Positions 10,070 through 20,203 of a stretch of DNA of 64,000 nucleotides are shown in pieces; position 1 is the stretch's first letter, and every line of letters starts with the position of its first letter. Origin of the DNA: Spirochaetia bacterium (lineage in GTDB: Bacteria; Spirochaetota; Spirochaetia; SZUA-6; Bin103); NCBI GenBank assembly GCA_965208575.1, contig CBDBOV010000006.1:1280001-1344000 (forward strand), written 5' to 3'. Both the position numbers and the translations under genes were made by a program. The notes under the pieces were generated by a model. The model had not been told where the DNA came from and ran no database searches. It saw only the letters and a list, made by a program, of their open reading frames with translations.

Positions 10070-11221
10070 TCACTTGTAGGGATCCGCAGCATCCCGCAGG
10101 CCGTCGCCGAGGAAGTTGAATGCAAGCACGGTGAGTACCACCAGCAGCGCCGGGATGATGAGCCACGGATACAGCGTGACCGAGCGGATGTTCTGCGCCT
10201 GCTGCAGGAGTACTCCCCAGCTCACCGCCGGCGGCCGCATCCCGATGCCCAGAAAGCTGAGTGCGGTCTCTCCCAATATCATCTGCGGTATGGCAAGGGT
10301 GATGCTCACGATCAGGTAGCTGGTGAAGGACGGCAACAGATGGCGAACCAGTATTCGAGGCTCCCCGGACCCGGCGATCTTGGCCGCCAGCACGTAGTCT
10401 TCTTCCCTGGTGGCGAGCAGCTTCCCGCGGACCACTCGTGCCAGTCCGGTCCAGCCGAAGATCGACAGGATTATGGTAATCCCGAAGTACACCTGAATGA
10501 TCGGCCATACCGGCGGCAGCGCGGCGCTCAGCGCCATCCACAACGGGATCTGCGGGATGTTCTGGAGGAACTCGATGAGTCGTTGGATGATCATGTCGGG
10601 CGCTCCGCCGAAGTAGCCTGACACTCCGCCCAGGAAACAACCCAGGATGAAACTGATCGCGATACCCACCAGGCCGACGCTCAGCGACACGCGCGTTGCG
10701 TACAGAATCCGGGACAGCACGTCCCTGCCGATGCTCTCGGTACCGAGCAGGTGGATCACGCCGGGCTCGTCCACGCCGAAGAAGTGGATGTTGCTCGGAA
10801 TGAGACCGAGCAGCTTGTAGTCCGAGCCCCGGACAAAGAAGCGTACCGGGTAGCGCTGCGACCTGTCCTCCGAAAACTCCAGGAAAAAGGTCTTCGTGCT
10901 GCGTTCGCTGGTGACAGCGTAGACGAACGGACGGTGAAGTTTCCCGGCGTGCAACAGTCGCACTCGTTGCGGCGGAAGATGGACCAGGTCGGTGTGCCGC
11001 TCGTAGATGTCGTAGGGCGACCAGAACTCCGCGAACACCGCCAGAACGACGAATGTCAGGATGACCGCGGCCCCCAGTCTGGCCAACCGGTGGCGGCGGA
11101 ACTTGCGCCAGATGAGTTGCCGTTGAGATGCGACGAAGTAAGCCTCTTCAGCTTGACTCAAGCGACCGTCCGAGGGAGTACCGCTGTCGTCAACCGATTC
11201 CCGGGAGCCGTGCCGAGTCAC
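10070..11221 (-). CDS. Peptide ABC permease (DppC/OppC-like)
   Basis: LGTESIGRDVLSR, EEDYVLAAKIAG EAA loop, FNFLGDGLRDAADP. Confidence 0.92.
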   Translation of the reverse strand: MTRHGSRESVDDSGTPSDGRLSQAEEAYFVASQRQLIWRKFRRHRLARLGAAVILTFVVLAVFAEFWSPYDIYERHTDLVHLPPQRVRLLHAGKLHRPFVYAVTSERSTKTFFLEFSEDRSQRYPVRFFVRGSDYKLLGLIPSNIHFFGVDEPGVIHLLGTESIGRDVLSRILYATRVSLSVGLVGIAISFILGCFLGGVSGYFGGAPDMIIQRLIEFLQNIPQIPLWMALSAALPPVWPIIQVYFGITIILSIFGWTGLARVVRGKLLATREEDYVLAAKIAGSGEPRILVRHLLPSFTSYLIVSITLAIPQMILGETALSFLGIGMRPPAVSWGVLLQQAQNIRSVTLYPWLIIPALLVVLTVLAFNFLGDGLRDAADPYK

Positions 11222-12204
11222 TTTTCGAGCCTTATCCGTGGATCGACGACCGCCAGAAGGATGTCCGAGATCAGGGTCCCGATCACGCCGAGTGTGCTCA
11301 CCATGAGTACCAGGGCAGCGGCCAGATGCATGTCCTGTGCCTGCAGCGCACCGAACAGAAGGGGGCCAACGGTAGGCAGGTTGAGGACGATCGAGGTGAT
11401 GGTCGAGCCGGACACGATCGCGGGCAGCAGGTTGGAGACCTGGCTGATGATCGGGTTCAGCGCGATACGCACGGGATACTTGAAGACCAGGCGCGACTCC
11501 GGGAGGCCCTTGGCTTGCGCCGTCACCACGTAGTTCTTGGCAAGCTCGTCGAGCAGCGACGCACGCAGGACGCGGATCAGGCCCGCGGTGCCGGCGGTGC
11601 CCAGGACTACTATGGGAATGGGCAGGTGCTTGATCAGGTCCCAGACCTTGGCGATGCTCCAGGCCGACAGTTCATACTCGACCGAAAACAGCCCGCCGAC
11701 ATCCATTCCGAACGTGCTCGAGAAGAACAGCATCAGGATCATCGCGAGCAGGAAATTGGGCGTAGCCAGGCCGACGAAACCGAAAAACGTCCACAGGTAA
11801 TCGCCCACCGAGTACTGCCGGGTAGCGGAGTAGATGCCGATCGGTATCGCCATGACGTAGGTGAATACGAGGGTGGTCATGGAGATGATCACGGTGAGGG
11901 TGAGCCGGTCGCCGATCAGTTGCGAGACCGGCCGCTGGTACTCCATGCTGCGGCCGAAGTCGCCCTGCAGGATACGCCACGCCCACCGGAGGTACTGCTG
12001 ATGGAGCGGCATGTCGAGGCCGTAGCGCCTTGCCAGCAGCTCGATCAGTTCATCGGTCACCCGCTCGCCGCGCAATCTCATGTTGTCGATCATGTTGGTC
12101 ACGTAGTCGCCGGGTGGAAGCTGGATGATCACGAACGCGACCATCGAAATCGCCACCAGCACGAAGACCATGTACACCACACGGCGAACGATGTAGCTTA
12201 CCAT
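11218..12204 (-). CDS. Peptide ABC permease (DppB/OppB-like)
   Basis: YIVRR, LPPGD, GDFGRS, YVVTAQAKGL, DPRIR. Confidence 0.92.
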   Translation of the reverse strand: MVSYIVRRVVYMVFVLVAISMVAFVIIQLPPGDYVTNMIDNMRLRGERVTDELIELLARRYGLDMPLHQQYLRWAWRILQGDFGRSMEYQRPVSQLIGDRLTLTVIISMTTLVFTYVMAIPIGIYSATRQYSVGDYLWTFFGFVGLATPNFLLAMILMLFFSSTFGMDVGGLFSVEYELSAWSIAKVWDLIKHLPIPIVVLGTAGTAGLIRVLRASLLDELAKNYVVTAQAKGLPESRLVFKYPVRIALNPIISQVSNLLPAIVSGSTITSIVLNLPTVGPLLFGALQAQDMHLAAALVLMVSTLGVIGTLISDILLAVVDPRIRLEK

Positions 12205-12211
12205 GTGGAGC

Positions 12212-13777
12212 TTATGGTCTTGTCGTGATGAGCGCCCGGCCCTGCGTTTGGCCGGCGCGGAATACCGCGAGATTGGTTCCGCTCGCGTCTTTTGCGACCC
12301 AGATGTGGCCGTCGAAGGTGTGCTGAGTTACCTCGGCACCCGGAGCAACGCTCCCGTAGTAGGCCTCCTTGCCTTCGAAGTCTATCCAGTAGTAGTGGAT
12401 ATCCGAGTTGGTACGATTGACGAAGACAATGGCGGTTTCGACGCGGCTTCCGGGCGATTTCAGACGCGAAAGCAGACTCGGGTCGAGTCGTTCCAGTTCC
12501 GGCGGCCCATCACCACGATCCCCGACTTGTCGCCTGGTCTCCGTGCCGGGCCCCGAGGTGACAAGCGCTCTCCCCGTTTTGCCGGACGCGCGAAACGCAG
12601 CCAGGTTCCTCCCGCTCGCATCCTTGATCAACCAGACGTGGCCCTCATAGGTTGACTGGGTCGCATAATCACCAGGACCAATTCGTCCGTAGTGGTGTTC
12701 CTCGCCCCTATCATCGATCCAATGGTAGGAGACCTCCGATCGGGTACCGTTGACCAGCATCACCGTGACTTCACGCCGGCTTTGCTCCGATCTCATCCTG
12801 GGAACCAAACCCGGTTCATGACGCCGTAAATCAGTCCACTTGCCGCCGCCATCGCTGTCCGGACTGCGTAACTCCCGATTCAACTCCGACAGTTCCATCA
12901 ACTCGGGAGGCCACTCGAACCTTGGCGAGTCCGCCGGATTGAAGCCGCGCAGATGTGCCATGTGCGTGCGCGCCGTCGCCGGAGAGTAACGCCACTCCGT
13001 GTCGCCGAATACTTCCTCCAGCAATGTGGCCAGAGCGGGGTCGTATTGCTTCAACTCGGCGCGCGTATCGACGTGGTTGTGTTCGCTGTCATGCTCGCGG
13101 TTGGTATCAAACCAGGACTGGACCCCCTCCGCCCAATACTCCTCCTTGTTGGTGGCGGCGTAGGTGTTGGTCCACAGCCCGTTCCGCAGAGCCTCGTCGT
13201 ATGCCTTCCGGAGGCGGCTCTCGAAACGTGGATCAACGGTGTTCAACCCCATTTCATGAATGGCGTGACTGAACTCATGGATCAGGATGTTTTCGGTTGC
13301 ATAGGGATCTCCCGGAAAGCTGAGCAGGTTCTCCTCGCCGCAACTAGTTGCCGGCCTGATCCGTGTAGGACCCAAGCCGCGCGCCCGGCGATCCCAATAG
13401 AAACCGGGAATGAGATCGCTGTGTTCGGGAATGTCGGTGGTCAACTCGTCATGGGCCATCACCGCAAATCGCACCCGGTTTGCTGCAAGTGCCCCGAGCA
13501 CGTCCTTGCGATGGCCGATCATCTTTCCAATGAGCCATGCCGCTTCCTTCACGGCGTATGGATCAACGCTGGCTGACGCTACGACCGGCATACCCTCCAC
13601 GTCGATCCACTGCCGGTAGAACGGGCTCAGGCCGAAGGCATTCCGGACAGAGGCCGGGGGAGGGATCGGCTCCGGAATGGCGATATCTCGTGCCGCTGCA
13701 GGTAGTTGGATGGCGCACAGAAGCACGCCGACCAGCGCAACGCGACGGTGGCACGCTTGTCTCAGGACCGCTGTCAT
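12212..13777 (-). CDS. Secreted zinc metallopeptidase (HEXXH) with two C-terminal VHL beta-domains
   Basis: Signal-like N-terminus, ENILIHEFSHAIH, EYWAEGVQSWF, then two ~85-aa repeats (FVN.T..YWID..G..YG..PG...Q.T..GH.W..KDA) matching the von Hippel-Lindau beta domain. Confidence 0.8.
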   Translation of the reverse strand: MTAVLRQACHRRVALVGVLLCAIQLPAAARDIAIPEPIPPPASVRNAFGLSPFYRQWIDVEGMPVVASASVDPYAVKEAAWLIGKMIGHRKDVLGALAANRVRFAVMAHDELTTDIPEHSDLIPGFYWDRRARGLGPTRIRPATSCGEENLLSFPGDPYATENILIHEFSHAIHEMGLNTVDPRFESRLRKAYDEALRNGLWTNTYAATNKEEYWAEGVQSWFDTNREHDSEHNHVDTRAELKQYDPALATLLEEVFGDTEWRYSPATARTHMAHLRGFNPADSPRFEWPPELMELSELNRELRSPDSDGGGKWTDLRRHEPGLVPRMRSEQSRREVTVMLVNGTRSEVSYHWIDDRGEEHHYGRIGPGDYATQSTYEGHVWLIKDASGRNLAAFRASGKTGRALVTSGPGTETRRQVGDRGDGPPELERLDPSLLSRLKSPGSRVETAIVFVNRTNSDIHYYWIDFEGKEAYYGSVAPGAEVTQHTFDGHIWVAKDASGTNLAVFRAGQTQGRALITTRP

Positions 13778-13853
13778 GGAGGTTACCCCGCGGTCATGAT
13801 ACCAGCCCGGACGCACCTCTTCCACGCCGGACTCCCTGGTTTACAATTGCGGC

Positions 13854-15446
13854 ATGATTCAGGACAGTCACCGGCCCGTCTATCACCACCTCCCGGATGA
13901 GGGCCTGCTGTGGGATCCGTGCGCGGCGGTGTTCCACGGCGAGCGCTACCACCTGTTCTACCTGCACGACTCGTGGGCGGAGGCAGGGCCGTCGAAGCGC
14001 TCCGACGGCTACAACTACAAGGCGTGGGCGCACGTGTCGAGCGAGGACCTCGTGCACTGGCGGCGCCACGCGGACGCGATCGCGCGCGGCCAGACCGGCA
14101 ACCTGTTCGATTGGAACGGCACGCCGGCGATCGTGTTTCCCCACCCCGACGGCGGCGGCGCGAGCTGCTTCGCGAGCAACCCGGAGGGTGACCTGGAGAA
14201 CTGGCGGTTCGACCCGGCCGGCGCGGCGCTGCGCCACCCGGTGCAGGGCAACTCGCTCTATCCGGGCAGCAACGACGTCACCGCCTGGCAGGAGGGCGAG
14301 TGGTGCCACGTGCTCACCGGCACCCGCGACCAGCGCCACGGCGGCGACACGCAGCACCTGTTCCGCAGCCGCAGCCCGTTCGCGCCGGGCGCGCGCCACG
14401 GCGACACGGCGGCGTGGGAGTACGTGCACCAGTTCTACCGGGCGCGGCGCGAGTGGACGGCGGCCGGGGACGACTGCGCCTGTCCCGACTTTTTCCGCAT
14501 CGGCAGCGGGGAGGCGGCCAAGTGGATGCTGCTGCACTTCTGCCACAACGCGCCGGGCGGCAGCCGCTACTACCTGGGCAGCTATCGCGACCGCCGCTTC
14601 CACCCGGAGTGCTTCGACCGCATCAACTGGCCCGGCGGCAACCTGCACGCGCCGCGCGCGATGCTCGACGGCCAAGGCCGCCGCATCCTGTTTGCCAACC
14701 TCAACGAGCGCCGCCCGCCGGACGAGCTGGTGGCCGCCGGCTGGAGCGGCTGCATGAGCCTGCCGGTGGCGCTGACGCTGGCCCCGGGCGGCGGGCGGAT
14801 ACTGTTCGCGCCGGTAGAGGAGCTGCAGGCGCTGCGCCACGAGCCGCGCGAGTGGACCGACATGGCGCTGTCAGAGGCCCGTGCTTCGGCGGATGCGAAG
14901 GCGGCGCTCCCGGAGGCCGGTGCCGCCGACGCCGGCTCGGCAGGTCCGTCGAGCGGCGCTGCCCGTACGGCCGAGGCAGAGGTGGCGCTGCCGGACGCGG
15001 GCGGCGACGCGCTGGAGATAGAGCTGCAGATCGAGGCCGGCAGCGCCGCCGCCTGCGGCGTCAAGGTGCGCTGCTCGCCTGACGGCGCCGAGGAAACCGC
15101 CATCGCCCTCAACGCCGCCGAGCGCGCGGTCGAGATCGAGTTCGGCAAGGCGAACCTGCGAAGCGACCTGGCCCTTGCCCGCTGGGACGCAAAGCTGGAA
15201 AGCCCCGTGCAGAGCGCTCCGCTGGAATTCGACCCGGTGCGGCCGGTGACCGTGCGGGTTTTCGTAGACCACTCGGTGGTGGAGGTGTTCGCCGGCGCCG
15301 GTGCCGACGCCCGCCAGTTCGAGCGTTACCTCGTGCAGCGCATCTACCCCACCCGCCCCGACGCTCTGGAAGTGAAGCTGTTCAGCCGCGGCGGCACCGC
15401 CCGTGCGCGCCGTCTGCGCACTTGGCGGATGCACCCCGCCAGATAG
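13854..15446 (+). CDS. Glycoside hydrolase family 32-like protein
   Basis: HRPVYH..WDP, YHLFYLH, WAHVSSEDLVHW, CPDFF, C-terminal VFVDHSVVEVF. Canonical RDP and EC motifs are altered. Confidence 0.8.
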   Translation: MIQDSHRPVYHHLPDEGLLWDPCAAVFHGERYHLFYLHDSWAEAGPSKRSDGYNYKAWAHVSSEDLVHWRRHADAIARGQTGNLFDWNGTPAIVFPHPDGGGASCFASNPEGDLENWRFDPAGAALRHPVQGNSLYPGSNDVTAWQEGEWCHVLTGTRDQRHGGDTQHLFRSRSPFAPGARHGDTAAWEYVHQFYRARREWTAAGDDCACPDFFRIGSGEAAKWMLLHFCHNAPGGSRYYLGSYRDRRFHPECFDRINWPGGNLHAPRAMLDGQGRRILFANLNERRPPDELVAAGWSGCMSLPVALTLAPGGGRILFAPVEELQALRHEPREWTDMALSEARASADAKAALPEAGAADAGSAGPSSGAARTAEAEVALPDAGGDALEIELQIEAGSAAACGVKVRCSPDGAEETAIALNAAERAVEIEFGKANLRSDLALARWDAKLESPVQSAPLEFDPVRPVTVRVFVDHSVVEVFAGAGADARQFERYLVQRIYPTRPDALEVKLFSRGGTARARRLRTWRMHPAR

Positions 15447-15518
15447 CGCGACTGTTCCCAACAGCACCGGACTGGCGGGAAGAGCTGCTACTACAGAGAC
15501 GGACGTCGGAGGTCACCC

Positions 15519-15737
15519 TTGGGCAAACTGAAGCAACTGTCAGGACGGGAGGTTTGTCGAATCCTTCAAGCCCATGGGTTTGTAGAGGTCCGCCGTCGAG
15601 GCAGTCACGTGATCGTGCAGAAGCGGGAAGGGGAGGACACGGTAACCGTTCCTGTTCCTGATCACTCGGAGGTGCGTATCGGGACGCTGACGGCGATCAT
15701 CCGTCAGTCCGATGTGCCTCGTTCCGCGTTCGAGTAA
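15519..15737 (+). CDS. hicA: HicA-family toxin
   Basis: LSGREVCRILQAHGFVEVRRRGSH, VPVPDH..IGTL..IIRQ. TTG start. Confidence 0.85.
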   Translation: MGKLKQLSGREVCRILQAHGFVEVRRRGSHVIVQKREGEDTVTVPVPDHSEVRIGTLTAIIRQSDVPRSAFE

Positions 15738-15747
15738 TCCAGGTGGG

Positions 15748-16074
15748 TCAGCGAGGGGCCGTCGCCGTCACCTTTGGCGCGCGGACCGAGACCTGAACCC
15801 GCGTCACGTAGACTTCCGAACGGAGTCGGCGCGCAATCTCGCTGTCCGAGGCCGTTTCGAAAAACAGTTCCAGCGCTTCCTGGAGGTTGGTGCGGGCCTC
15901 CTGGATCGTGTTACCCTGACTGGCTACGTCAACCTCCGGACACAGGGCCACATAACCGGTGCCCTCGCGCTCGATGATCGCGGTCAATTCCGCGGGACCG
16001 TCGCGCCCGCCACCAGGTTCTGCCTTCGTAGCTTGGCCCGACACGGGCGCGTGCGTTGAACGAACTGGCACCAT
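15748..16074 (-). CDS. hicB: HicB-family antitoxin, convergent to hicA (start uncertain)
   Basis: LTAIIEREGTGYVALCPEVDVASQGNTIQEARTNLQEALELFFE. Confidence 0.75.
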   Translation of the reverse strand: MVPVRSTHAPVSGQATKAEPGGGRDGPAELTAIIEREGTGYVALCPEVDVASQGNTIQEARTNLQEALELFFETASDSEIARRLRSEVYVTRVQVSVRAPKVTATAPR

Positions 16075-16178
16075 GACAGGAGTATCGCTGACAATGCGAG
16101 GTGCAGCAACAGCTACAGCGCCTCACCTCTGTGATAAACCTTATGAGAACCCGTTACTGAAAGCGTTGCTGCGCGCGC

Positions 16179-16988
16179 TTATTGCGCCAGGAAGCCGCCG
16201 TCTACCGGGATGGCGGCGCCGTTGACGAAGGAGGCGGCGTCCGAGCACAGCCACACTACCAGCTCGGCGACCTCGGGCGGCTGCCCGAAACGCCCGGCGG
16301 GGTACATGCGCAGCAGGCGCTCCATGTATTCCGGCCGGTCGCGCATGCCGATGGTCATCGGCGTCCACACGTGGCCCGGACACACCGCGTTGACGCGGAT
16401 GCCCTTGGCGGCGTAGTCGAGCGCCGCCGACTTGGTAAGGCCCACCACGGCGTGCTTGCTGGCCACGTAGCCGGCCTGCCGGTCGCCGCTCACGCCGCCG
16501 GCCGCAAGCCCGTAGATAGAGGCGACGTTGCACACCGCCCCGCCGCCCTGCTCCACCATCTGGCGCAACTCCTGCTGCATGCACAGGAACACGCCGTGCA
16601 GGTTGACCGCGATGGTGCGTTGCCAACGCTCCCACGACACCTCGGTCACGCTCTTCCCGTCGCCGCCGACGCCGGCGCTGTTGAACGCGCAGTCCAGCCG
16701 CCCCCAGCGTTCCAGCGTCGCAGCCAGCAGCGCTTCCACGTCGGCCGGCTCGGTGACGTCGGTCTGCACCACGATCGCTTCGCCACCCGCGGAAGCCACG
16801 GCATGCGCGGTCTCCTCGCAGCCGGCAGTATTCTGGTCGGCGACCACCACCCGCGCCCCCTGGCGGGCAAACACCACCGCCGATGCCCGGCCGAGGCCCG
16901 ACCCGCCCCCGGTAACCAGCGCGACCCTGCCGTCGAAGGAGGTGGGAGCCGGCGCGCCGCCGGTTTCGGCCTTCTCGCTTGTAGCCAT
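16179..16988 (-). CDS. SDR-family oxidoreductase
   Basis: TGGGSGLG, NSAG, YVASK, IRVNAVCPG, VDGG. Confidence 0.93.
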   Translation of the reverse strand: MATSEKAETGGAPAPTSFDGRVALVTGGGSGLGRASAVVFARQGARVVVADQNTAGCEETAHAVASAGGEAIVVQTDVTEPADVEALLAATLERWGRLDCAFNSAGVGGDGKSVTEVSWERWQRTIAVNLHGVFLCMQQELRQMVEQGGGAVCNVASIYGLAAGGVSGDRQAGYVASKHAVVGLTKSAALDYAAKGIRVNAVCPGHVWTPMTIGMRDRPEYMERLLRMYPAGRFGQPPEVAELVVWLCSDAASFVNGAAIPVDGGFLAQ

Positions 16989-17205
16989 ACCAGTCGAAGC
17001 TTACCGGCACTGCCGGCCCCGTACCAGTCTGTGTTCCAGGTGTATCTACGCCGGCGCGGGTTGCCGGGACGACTCGAACCGCAGTGGGCGCGGCCAACTT
17101 GACGCATGGCATGAGGAGGGCACAATAGGGAGTCTCGCTGCCCGGCGACCGGCTTGCCGGGCCAGGTGGTCACATCGAGTGTGACCAGGATCAACGGAGG
17201 AAGAA

Positions 17206-19041
17206 ATGACTGTTCTACGTGGCTTGATGCCGTCGCCGGCGCGGGTTGCCGGGGGCGTGCTGGTGCTCGCGCTGGCCGCCGCCGGCTTGTGGGGCGCGCC
17301 GGCCGGCGAAGAGGGATCGGGCGCCGCGGCAATGGAGATGGTGGCCAACGTGTATGGCGAGATGGTCGAGAAGCCGCAGTACGGCGGCACCATCGCGGTC
17401 GCCATCACCGAGTCGCCGACCAACTTCGACCCCTGGTTCGGCTACAGCGTGCCGGAGGTGCTCAACGGGCAGGAACCGGTGTTCGAGCGGCTCGGCGACC
17501 TGAACTGGGCGTTCAGAGGCGGCGCCGGCGGCGAGCCGTCGCGCTACATCAGCCTGCCGGAGACCGCCGGCGAGCTGGCCGAGAGCTGGCAGATCTCGCC
17601 CGATCTCAAGACCTACACGTTCCGCATCCGGCGCGGCATCCACTGGCAGGACAAGGGCGAGGTGGCCGGCCGCGAATTCGACGCCCACGACGTGTTGTTC
17701 ACCTTTCAGCGCAACTGGGGCCTGGAAGAGTTCAGCGACAAGGGCGGCGGCCCGGCGTGGTGGAAGACGGGGCAGATCCCCTACGAGTCGGTGGAAGCGC
17801 CCGACCAATGGACGTTCGTGATCAGGACCCACACGCCGGCGCTCGACACGCTCGACCAGATCCTTTGCGCCAACCGGTGCCCGAACTTCATGGTGGCCCC
17901 GGAGGTGATCCGCGCCCACGGCGACATGAGTGACTGGCGCAACGTGGTCGGCACCGGCCCGTTCATGCTCACCGACTTCGTGCCCGGATCGTCGGTCACC
18001 TACACCCGCAATCCCAACTACTGGAACTCCGACCCGCTGCATCCCGACAACCAGCTCCCGTACGCCGACGAGGTCAAGTACTTCGTGATCCCGGAGCCGG
18101 AAGCGCGGGTGGCGGCGTTCCGTAGCGGACGGGTAGCGCTGCCGGGCCTGTACTGGAGCTCGCTCACCTTCGAGCAGCGCCGGACGCTCGCGCAGACCAA
18201 CCCCGAGCTGGTGGAGGTGGCGATTCCCGGCGAGCAGTCCACTACCTTCACGTTCCGCATGGACCGGCCGCCATTCGACGACAAGAACGTGCGCATCGCG
18301 ATGCAGAAGGCGATCAACGCCGCCGAGCTCAACGACCTGTACTACGACGGCAAGGGCGATCCCACGCCGTACGGCTACGTGAGCACGCTCACGGGCGGCA
18401 TGAACGTGCCCTACGCCGAGTGGCCGGACGACATCAAGTGGCAGTACGAGTACGACCCGGAGGAGGCGGAGCGGCTCCTGGACGAGGCGGGCTACCCGCG
18501 CGGCGCGGACGGCACCCGGTTCAAGGCCGGCTGGGACGTGACCACCGCCTGGGGCCACGACGTCGACCTGGCGCAGGCGGTCACCACCTACTTCGAGCAG
18601 ATCGGGGTGGACATCGAGGTGAACGAGCTGCCCGACGGCACCACCATGCAGGACCGGCTGAGCGCGGGATCGCACGGCGGCATCACGGCGGGTTGCTGCC
18701 GGCACGCCCCCTACGATGCCTACGCCTCGATGCGCTACCGCTTCTACGGCGAACCCGGCCTGTACCACGGCGTCGCCGACGCGGCGTTCAACGCGCTCAT
18801 GGATCAGATCGCGGCGGCGACCGACAACGAGACGATGGCCGAGCTGGTGCGCGCGGTGGACCTGCACTACATCAGCGAGATGTGGTCGGTGTCGTGGCCG
18901 CTCAGCCCGATCGGCATGATGCACCAGCCGTGGCTGAAGGGTTACACCGGCCAGCTCGGCGCCGCCATGGAGGGCGCCGTGTACCTGTTGCCGTACCTGT
19001 GGGTCGACCAGGGGCTGAAGGCCCGGATGGGACACGAGTAG
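17206..19041 (+). CDS. ABC transporter substrate-binding protein, family 5
   Basis: PQYGG, GELAESW, VVGTGPFML, RNPNYW, PFDDKNVRIAM, YDPEEAERLLDEAGY. Confidence 0.92.
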   Translation: MTVLRGLMPSPARVAGGVLVLALAAAGLWGAPAGEEGSGAAAMEMVANVYGEMVEKPQYGGTIAVAITESPTNFDPWFGYSVPEVLNGQEPVFERLGDLNWAFRGGAGGEPSRYISLPETAGELAESWQISPDLKTYTFRIRRGIHWQDKGEVAGREFDAHDVLFTFQRNWGLEEFSDKGGGPAWWKTGQIPYESVEAPDQWTFVIRTHTPALDTLDQILCANRCPNFMVAPEVIRAHGDMSDWRNVVGTGPFMLTDFVPGSSVTYTRNPNYWNSDPLHPDNQLPYADEVKYFVIPEPEARVAAFRSGRVALPGLYWSSLTFEQRRTLAQTNPELVEVAIPGEQSTTFTFRMDRPPFDDKNVRIAMQKAINAAELNDLYYDGKGDPTPYGYVSTLTGGMNVPYAEWPDDIKWQYEYDPEEAERLLDEAGYPRGADGTRFKAGWDVTTAWGHDVDLAQAVTTYFEQIGVDIEVNELPDGTTMQDRLSAGSHGGITAGCCRHAPYDAYASMRYRFYGEPGLYHGVADAAFNALMDQIAAATDNETMAELVRAVDLHYISEMWSVSWPLSPIGMMHQPWLKGYTGQLGAAMEGAVYLLPYLWVDQGLKARMGHE

Positions 19042-19246
19042 GCGCCAGGCAGGCAGGATCTCGACACACCGTGGCGGTACCCGGCAGCGCGCCGACAGCG
19101 GTGCGGCGCCCGGCCGGCTGGGCGCGGCGAACGAGCCGATCGGCCATCGCTGAGCGAGGAGCGAGCCAACCGGCCGGGATGCATCGCCGCTGGAGTGTAG
19201 CCGGTGGTTCGCCACCGGCCGCCACGGCCTGCGCACCGCCGCGCCG

Positions 19247-20203
19247 ATGTTGCGCTATGTAGTCCGCCGCCTGCTGCTGACCATCCCCACCCTGTTCCTG
19301 GTGGCGACCATCGTGTTCCTGCTGCTGCGGCTGGTGCCGGGCGACATGGTCGACACGGTGATGGCTCGGCTGGCGGTGCTCGGCGGCACCGTGGACCGGG
19401 CGGCCCTGGAGCGCGCCTTCGGGCTCGACGCGCCGCTGCACGTGCAGTACGTGCGCTGGTGGGCCGACCTGCTGCTGCGCGGCAGCCTGGGCATCTCCAT
19501 GAACTCCGGGCAGCCGGTGGTGCCGCTCATCCTGGGCCGGCTGCCGGTGACCATTGAGCTGGGCCTGCTCGGCATCGCCGTGTCGGTGGCAATCGGCCTG
19601 CCGGTCGGCATCTACTCCGCGCTGCGGCAGGACACCGTGGGCGACTACGCCGGGCGCAGCCTGGCGATCCTGTTCGTGGCCGCGCCGAGCTTCTGGGTGG
19701 CGACGCTGGTGATCCTGTACGCGTCGCTCTGGTGGGGGTGGTCGCCGCCGCTGGAGTTGGTGCCGCTGGCGCGCGACCCGATCGGCAACCTGCGCATGTT
19801 CATCCTGCCGGCGTTCATCCTCGGCATGGTGATGGCCGGCACCACGATGCGGATGACCCGCACCATGATGCTGGAAGTGCTGCGCCAGGACTTCATCCGC
19901 ACCGCCTACGCGAAGGGGCTGCGCGAGCGGCTGGTGGTGGTGGGCCACGCGCTCAAGAACGCGCTGATCCCGGTGGTGACGATCGTGGGGGCGGACCTGA
20001 CCGTGCTGATCGGCGGCGCGGTGATCATCGAATCGATCTTCGCCCTGCCGGGCACCGGGCGGCTGATGGTGGACGCGCTGAAGGTGCGCGACTACGCACT
20101 GGTGTCGGGCGTGAACCTGGTGTTCGCGGTGGCGGTGGTCGGCGCCAACCTGCTGGTCGACCTGTCGTACGCGTTTCTGGACCCGCGCGTGCGCTACCGG
20201 TGA
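19247..20203 (+). CDS. Peptide ABC permease (DppB-like)
   Basis: YVVRRLL, VPGD, FIRTAYAKGL, LDPRVRY. Confidence 0.92.
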   Translation: MLRYVVRRLLLTIPTLFLVATIVFLLLRLVPGDMVDTVMARLAVLGGTVDRAALERAFGLDAPLHVQYVRWWADLLLRGSLGISMNSGQPVVPLILGRLPVTIELGLLGIAVSVAIGLPVGIYSALRQDTVGDYAGRSLAILFVAAPSFWVATLVILYASLWWGWSPPLELVPLARDPIGNLRMFILPAFILGMVMAGTTMRMTRTMMLEVLRQDFIRTAYAKGLRERLVVVGHALKNALIPVVTIVGADLTVLIGGAVIIESIFALPGTGRLMVDALKVRDYALVSGVNLVFAVAVVGANLLVDLSYAFLDPRVRYR

